From Paramecium tetraurelia (Eukaryota): 64,000 nucleotides of DNA. The stretch covers positions 806,001 through 870,000 of the forward strand of contig CT867985.1 in NCBI GenBank assembly GCA_000165425.1, given 5' to 3'. The position numbers and the translations under genes are program-made. Of the stretch, positions 55,994-64,000 are shown piece after piece. The notes below the pieces were generated by a model, which ran no database searches, was not told the DNA's origin, and saw only the letters and a program-made list of their open reading frames with translations. Numbering within the stretch: the first letter of the stretch is position 1; each line of letters starts with the position of its first letter.

Positions 55994-57683
55994 ATGCAAT
56001 ATGAACAAAAACCACTCAATGTTAAACTCGCATAATAAATTGACCTATTATCAACTGATTTAGATCACATCCTCTCTCTGACCAAAATCAGAGGCAAGGA
56101 TATCCCCTATTCTCGGATTTGCCAATATTGCAAATTTAATCATGACTATGACACCCACCATAACCTAGTAATGAAACAATACTCAGAAGCATAATTTATA
56201 TCAGATTTGATAGCAGAGCATGACACCCTTTTTTAAATCTGCAATTGGGCGCATTAAAGTCTTAATAATTAAAATCTGAAAGAGTAAGATTTAGCCTGGT
56301 TTCACATACTTTAAAATTAATTTCACCTGGTTCAAAATTTTTTGAAGGATGAAGAAAAATGCATCCTAAATTCCTTAAAACCTTATGGAGTTGGACAATA
56401 TTTATTCGATTTCATGCAGTTATCAACATATCAAAATGAAAATTGGGTCTTGGCCTTGGAAACTCTCCATCAAGCGACGACGAGTCGAGTTTCAAATACG
56501 AACAACAAATTATATAAATGGGCAACTTGTCAAAGTATACCTTGGTGTACAGATATCTCTAAATTTGATGAAAATCTGTGGCTCAATATTAGAGCTGAAT
56601 TGTTTTGTAAGGTGATGACTAGACATTCAGAAATCTATCCTAAAATGATGAAATGCATCAATTTTGGAATCAATAAGCCATATTTGTGGACACCAAAATA
56701 CTATGAATTAAATTATGAAGACATGGGTCTAGGTATTGAAACAATAGGTAAAAGGTTTATTATTGAAATCATTAAGTATTTAACATAAAAATCTAATGCT
56801 TTTCAACTAGTTGAATTGATCGAAGATGCTATTACTGCTTTGTCAAATATTTCTCAGAATCAATAATTTGTCAATCTTAGAGCTAATTGTTTTTATAAAA
56901 TAGCTATAATGATTAGTGACTTGTTGGATATCGATGAATAAGATGAGTGCTAATTCTCGTAATTGATTAAAAGGATTATTGAATTTATAGAAGCAGAGAA
57001 CCTTGACTTTGTAGTAAAATAAAAAATTCTGATCCATTTATTAAGTTTCTTAACAAGACTATCTATGTATAATTAATTCATTTGCCAAATGTGCTAAAAC
57101 ATCATTAATTATTTAGGAGATTCACTGGGCTCTATTTTACAATTATTTATTGATTATAAGTTCGATAAAGCTTTAATCACTAAAATTGTATTCAATTAAT
57201 TTACAAAATTAAGTCCAATACAATAAAATGAAATAATATCTTCATCATTTTCTAAATACTTTGATTACGACCAAAAAAAGTCCTATATACTTGAATTGGT
57301 TCCTTACATTATTAAGAACATTGAACTGTTCAAAAACACATCTGTAGAATTATTCTAAGAATATCCTGAGATAGGTGATTTCCATGACCTATATTTACAT
57401 GTCTATATCACTCAGGATTATGGAAGAATGAAAACCATGATTTAAGAACAATAAATTCCGTTTTAATGGTTTTCAAAATATATTACATTCATACTTGAGA
57501 ACCCTCATTTAGAATAAAAAGAAATGTAAGCCATAATACCATATATTTAGATGCGAGGTCATGAATGCCATAGATATTAACAGTGTACTATTTGACAGTC
57601 TAGAGAATAAAGTATATCTTTTAGCATTAATTGCCAAGAAATTAACATTATTTAAAACATTTATTAATTATTTGCTCAAGTGA
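55994..57683 (+). CDS. Hypothetical alpha-helical protein (~555 aa), weak Nup107-like segment
   Basis: Long TGA-free frame from ATG 55994; probable tiny intron near 57580-57603; LYKWATCQSIPWCTDISKFDENLWLNIR. Confidence 0.6.
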
Positions 57684-57769
57684 TGTGTGTATTAAATATT
57701 AATTATATTACATATTAATTGAGTGGCACATTTCTTAATTTAATATATTTAAATCAATATATATTTAAA

Positions 57770-60700
57770 ATGTCGCAGGAAGAACCTCTTCTATAAAATA
57801 GAAATTCTCGGCCTCCAGGATTGATATCGCGAAGTTTATTTCTTTATGTTTTCCCTTTACTACGATTGGCTAATAAAACTCCTTTGGAATTCGAAATGAT
57901 AAAGGACCTAGAGATAGATGATTAAGGAGAATCTTTATTTAAAAGAATGAATTAAACATTTTAAGTTTACAAACATGATAGATTTGCACTTTACAAATCT
58001 CTATTTATAACTTTTAAAAGTATTTTCTTAATAGTAAATATAGAACAATTTGTTATAGTGTATATCATAATCTTAATTTGGAACATTTCTTTAATGTATG
58101 GTCCTATAATGATTCGGTAAACTCTATCTTATATCGACTATTCCGAACATACAATAGGCAAAGGATTCCAATGGTTGGGAATAATTATAGTTGTAAGAGT
58201 TTTTAATGCAATTTCGTATTAAAATAGTTTCTATATGTTGGTAATTACTTGCATAAAAATATTAGAGAAAACTAGGTTATGATTAGCATACAGCAGTTAG
58301 TGTATCTATAATGAAGAAAACTCTGAATGTGTCTTTTTAAAGCAACAAGTAATACAAAACAGGTGAAATAATGAATATAATGCAGGTTGACTTATAAAGA
58401 ATACTGTAACTAAATATGGCAATAGCTTCAGTGTTGTTTTTGCCATTTTAAATTGGGATATCCTTTTATTTGCTATTTGATTTTATTGGTGTTTCATGTC
58501 TGGCCGGTTTGGGTATCATGATTTTGGGATTGCTCACTAATTTTTTACTAGGAAGATGGGGTTGGAGAATTTAGAAACAAGTAATGGTTGCAAAGGATAA
58601 TAGAACAAAACAAGCACATGAAATATTTTCTTAAATTAAATTCATTAAAGCAAATGCTTTCGAAGAATATTTTAAAAATAAGTTATTGTCATTTAGAGAG
58701 AAGGAGATCTCCTTAATTCATAAAAAGAACATGGTGAGTGGCTTTTTCATATTGGCATTTTTAATGACACCATAATTAACTTTGAACATCACTTTAGCTG
58801 TATACGTATGGCTCTAACATAATCTTACGCCTGCAGAAACGTTTTCCATTATCAGTTTGTTTAGCATCTTACAACAGTCAGCAAGTGCATTGCCTAGCTT
58901 CATTAATTAAATCATAGAAGCAAATATCAGTATAAAGAGAATATAGAATTTTTTATTGACTGATGAACTTATGAATGATTGTATATACAATGTAAATGAC
59001 ATTCTTGGAAATTCAATAGAAATTGAAGGAACCTTTTACTGGGACAAGGTCAAAAATAATTAATTTCCGAATAAATCTACTGACGTTGTCCCTGTGAATC
59101 AAGAGATAGAACCGATATTAAAAAATATCAAATTAAAAATTGACATTGGTGAATTTGTTACAGTCATTGGAGAGTAATCAATTAATAGATATTATTTAGT
59201 GTTGCAAGTGGCAAAAGTTCATTAATAAGTGCTATTTTAGGGGAAATGGTTTACAATTTTTCTAGATTGCCTCCAGTAATTAAAATAAATGGAAGGATAG
59301 CATATGTAAGTTAGAAGAGTTGGATATAAAATGCAACTTTGAAGGATAATATTTTATTTGGTCTGCCTTATGATGAAAAGAGATATAGAGATGCAATTAC
59401 ATATTCTTGTTTGGAATAAGATATCAAGATTCTAGACAAAGGGGAAGCTACTATGATCGGAGAAAAAGGAGTAAATCTGAGTGGAGGATAAAAGGCTAGG
59501 ATAAGTTTAGCCAGAGCATTGTATAGTGATTGTGATATCTATTTATTGGATGATCTAATAAGTGCAGTGGATATGCATGTGGGTAAATTTATTATTGAAA
59601 AATGTCTATGCGAACATCTTAATGGAAAAACCATAGTACTTATTACTCATGCTCTTTATTCCTGTTAGTATGCAGATAGAATCATTTTAATGGACAACGG
59701 TACAGTAATTAAAGAAGGCACTCTTGATGATGTTAAAGAGTGTGAGAAATTTGATTAAATTTATTAGAAATATTTCAAAGAATAGAAAAAAGATGAGAAA
59801 GAAGACGAGGATGATGATATGGAAGTGCTTAAATTGTAAAAAAAAAAATCATCTACACAAAAGATTAATATTACCAATAAGGATTAGGTTGATGATTTAA
59901 TGATATTAGAAGATAGAAAGGTTGGTAGTGTTTAGCTAGATGTATACAAAGAATATTTTAAAATGAGTGGAGGATGGCTATTCTTTACTTTTAATCTCAT
60001 TATTGTTATCATTCAAGTTTTTGCCAGATTTGGATCATAAATATGGTTGGCCTAATGGTCTGGATAAGATGATCTAACTTATGATGATAACTTACATAAT
60101 CTAATGATTTTTTCATTCTTTTCTTTAAGTTTTGGTTTTTTCGCCTTGATTCGTATTCTAACACTCTCTAGAGAAAGTGTCAATACTGCAAACAAAATAC
60201 ACACAAGAATGATTGAGTAATACTAATAATATTATCTATTAGATCATTACTTTATGCACCACTCTGTTAATTTTTTGAAAGGATCCCATTAGGTGTATTG
60301 ATGAATCGATTAACTAAAGATTAATCAGTTCTAGACACAGAAATTCTATGGACTATATCCATTCTATATATCAGCTGCTTAAACTTTTTAGGTAATTTAT
60401 TTGAAAATATTCTCTAGCAAGCACTCTAATCAATGTATTTAGTAGTTCTTATTACATTGTTTTGCCAGTATTGATATTTTTATATGCAGTATGGAAAGTC
60501 TAAAGATTCTATATGGCTGCAAATAGGGAACTGTATAGATTGGAATCAATAAGCAAAAGTCCCATTCTTAGTTTCTTCTCGGAAACAGTGAATGGGTTAA
60601 ATATCATAAGGGCTTTCACAAAGCAAGAGCAGTTTTTAGATAGACACACTAAAAACATTGATTTGAACAGGAAAATACAAATAGCTTAATTATAGACAAC

Positions 60701-61738
60701 TACATGGTTTTCAATGAATTTAACATTTACAAGTTTCATTGTAAATATCTCTGCTATAGCTTTTGTGTTGTTTTTTGGAAGTGAAAATCCTGCCTTGGCT
60801 GGTTTACTTATGACAGTTGCAACTGTAATTGACAATAGCTTGTAATCAGCTATAAATTCAATCACTTAAGCAGAAACACAATTCATATCCTTTGAAAGAT
60901 GTTTGGCCTTTGCTAAGGTTGAACATGAAAATGGGTATAAAGAATCCAAGCCTTATATCTTGAATTGGCCTTAATTTGGAGATATTAAAATAGATTAACT
61001 AGTTGTCAAATATAGAGAAAATCTATCGCCAGCCTTAAGAGGTTTAAGTGTTATGATAAAACGATAAGAGAAGATTGGAGTTGTAGGTAGAACTGGAGCT
61101 GGAAAATCTACTGTTACTTTATCTTTGTTAAGAGTTCTTGAGGCTTCAGGGGGTTCAATTATAATTGATGGAGTAGACATATCAACTTTAAATTTGAAAT
61201 AACTCCGGGAATCAATTACGATGATATTATAAGATTCCACTCTTTTTGAAGGAAGCTTAAGAGAGAATCTTGACCCACTCCATCAGCATTCAGATTAAGA
61301 ACTTAACGATGTAGCCTTATAATGTTGTTTGGGAGACTTACTATTGTAAAAGAAAGGTTTGGATACTGAAATATCAGAAAATGGGGATAACTTGAGTGCT
61401 GGAGAGAAACAACTCATATCCATAGCCAGGGCAGTTCTAAAATAATCTTAAATAATTTTGATTGATGAGGCAACTGCCAACATTGATATCGATACGGAAT
61501 CAAAAATATAACAGACTATTTAAACTGCCTTTAAAAAATGCACAGTGATAACAATTGCTCATAGAATTAATACTATAATGCATTGTGATAAGTACTATTT
61601 TAGTTTAATATCAATAGAATATTAGTTATTGACTAAGGCGAGGCCAAAGAGTTCGATGAGCCCTAAAAACTATTAGAAGACAAATCTTCCATTTTTTATA
61701 GCTTGTATTTACAAGGAAAAAAAAGTAATAAAATTTGA
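57770..61738 (+). CDS. ABC transporter, ABCC/MRP family
   Basis: TMD-NBD-TMD-NBD; GDVASGKSS (intron-split), [38 protein letters not shown]; six tiny introns. Confidence 0.95.
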
Positions 61739-62005
61739 TAAATATTGTAATTATTATAATTTAATTTGTAATTCTGATTTAAAAATATATATAGAATAAA
61801 ATTATGAGAGTCAATATTAATACGATTTAAAGGTTCTAATAGAAGATTAAAGGAAGGAAGAAAAGAAGGAGAATAGAATAGAATAAATTTGATTATCAAT
61901 GTTATATTAAAATATTTCGATATCTAAATCTATTATGTTGAAATAATCAGAGTCTTAGATAATAATCATTTTATTTATTTCAGTTTGACATTGATGTGAA
62001 ATATA

Positions 62006-63221
62006 TCATTTATTTATGAATTGTTTGTTTTAAAAAGCTTTTTTTTGATTCTAGTTTATATTTAAAGTTTTCTTAGTTCCCTTCTATTTTGATTTTTCAT
62101 CGCTCTTTTCATCACCTTTACCACTATCTAAACAAATCTATTTAAATATATCAGGCATTATCACAGTTGAATTGGATTTACTTCTTGAAACTCTTTAGTT
62201 TTATTATTGATTTATAAGCATTTTCCTTTGTCTTATCTAAGCGTCGATATTTTATTGACTGATTTAAGCATATTGATTTTAATCAATTAAGTGTTGATAG
62301 ACTGAATTAAATTAATAATTGAGTCCCTTATTCTTTTATGATGTAAAACTATGGCTATCTGAGTTTGTTGGAGATAAGCATAAACTATTTGGATTTGGAA
62401 ATGTGGAAACATGAGTTAAAACAGGCGATTGTTAAGGAGGAGCTACTTATGAAAATAATGCTTAGTATGACATATAGGGATCTACTCTAAAGATGTCCAT
62501 CGACATTTCAAATTGATTTTTCTAAGAGAAATTTTAATAGGCAGATTCTTTATCTTTTTCAAAACTTCTCTTTCTTTTAGGATACATTGTATTATCTAGA
62601 AGATCAAAGGCCTTTGTTATTAGATTATTTTCTGCTTATTAATATATTAGCAATTTATTATATTGGTATTAATAGTTAATGGGCTTAACTTCCATTTGAT
62701 CTTTTTCTTGCTTTTATGTTTAAAATATTAGTTCTAAATTGGTCATAAACACTCTATTTTTTATAGGTTCATCCTTATCTTAATTTTATATTGCAAGATT
62801 AATAAGGTTTGTAATAATTTAACTAAATTAGCTTTACAGACTGCTAATGATGCAATATAATTTTATAAGCAACTAAGTTTACAGTTCCTAACTTCTCAGA
62901 AACTATGCTAATAATTCATCTAAATTTGGTGTATGAAATGAAGTTGCCAATTTTTCTACGATTCCAAAATTTGGATTCAATATTAATTGCTTATTGCCAT
63001 TACTTAGAATTTTAACTTCCAAGTGTTCTAGATATTGAAGCTTTTCTATAAATAATTATTTTTCACAATTATTTTCAAGAATATCCTCAAATGCAGAAAC
63101 ATTACAATCAAATTTTATCACACTTCCTATTCTGATGATAAGCTTTATAAACTGATTGCTATGATTAGTACATATAAATTACGTTTATAAGCTAAGGATT
63201 AATTACAATTAATTCAGGCAT
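62006..63221 (-). CDS. Hypothetical protein (5' end uncertain)
   Basis: Long TGA-free frame ending at TGA 62006; first exon could not be joined unambiguously. Confidence 0.5.
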
Positions 63222-63248
63222 GTTAATAATTAAGAAACACTTGAGTTT

Positions 63249-63941
63249 TCAATGAGGATGCTTTCTTCCTTTAACTTTTGTACTAGCTATTCTATTTTTT
63301 ATTTTTTAATTGGTGATTATAATTTTGTTTAGAATTGCTAGTTTATTTGTAATAAATTTAACATTTTAATATTATTATCAAAGATTAGTTGCTTTCTTAA
63401 CTCCCAATCTTGGCTTTTAGATTTATTAATATGGGTCCACTCTTTTTTCATAAAAATCAATTGGCTTATCTCTTGGTACAATCCTGGGTTCTGGGACTTC
63501 AACTGGAGGATATGACCTGGATATTTCCATTTGATGTCTAGGATAGATGTTAGTCTTAAATAAATTCTCATTCCAACCCCCTTGGATTGAGGGTGTGAGT
63601 GTTGTCACTTTTCTTCCTGCATGTCTTACACTTTATTAGCCAACTGATTGATATTACAATTTTATACATGAATTTCTCAACAATGCAATTCTATCTAATA
63701 TTTCTTGATCATCTTCCAATCCTTTCAAAGATATTTATTTCTAATATCCATTCACATAGATTCCATTTAAATATGGGTGAGTATTTTTTTTCATATAAAT
63801 TTGAAAGTCTATTTTAGGTTGATTCAATAAAGGGTGCTCAATAAGAGTTGGTAAGAAAAGTCTAATTTTTGAAGAGCTTCCTCCATAATCGCAATAAAAT
63901 ATTTGAAGGAATTTTAATTAAAATATGCCTCTTGAACACAT
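63249..63941 (-). CDS. MRPL43: Mitochondrial ribosomal protein mL43 (L51/S25/CI-B8 domain)
   Basis: MCSRGIFQLKFLQIFYCDYGGSS, HPYLNGIYVNG, TPSIQGGW; intronless 230 aa. Confidence 0.88.
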
Positions 63942-64000
63942 TTATTTTTATTTAATATTTTAATATATATATAGAGAAGAAAATCACTAAAATGAAGCAA

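Noticed and set aside
61845..61886. GAAG/GAATA simple repeats
   Set aside because: Low-complexity sequence between convergent genes
63992..64000. ATG at the window edge, divergent from mL43
   Set aside because: Only three codons are visible

Overview
AT-rich, gene-dense eukaryotic DNA that reads as a Paramecium-type ciliate macronuclear chromosome segment. TAA/TAG are read as Gln, TGA is the only stop, introns are tiny (20-30 nt GT..AG) and spacers are very short. The supplied ORF track uses the wrong code, so genes were re-read by hand and boundaries are manual calls. About 27 protein genes are present, including DIM1, a TmcB/C-like PAS membrane protein, an HSL-family lipase, DBR1 (with a +1 frameshift), a CNBD K+ channel, an OSCA/TMEM63 channel, a P-type IIC ATPase, a kinase, a ~2,270-aa surface protein, an arrestin-domain protein, tRNase Z, IFT121/WDR35, an ABCC transporter and mitoribosomal mL43. 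There are two inverted SRP RNA copies and a ~2 kb pseudogene-like tract. Most notable are an orphan gene with a toxin-deaminase-like HxE...CxxC signature (17855-19586), a transcript-bounded variant SRP RNA copy, altered cation sites in the P-type IIC pump, and a 41-aa single-TM microprotein ORF.
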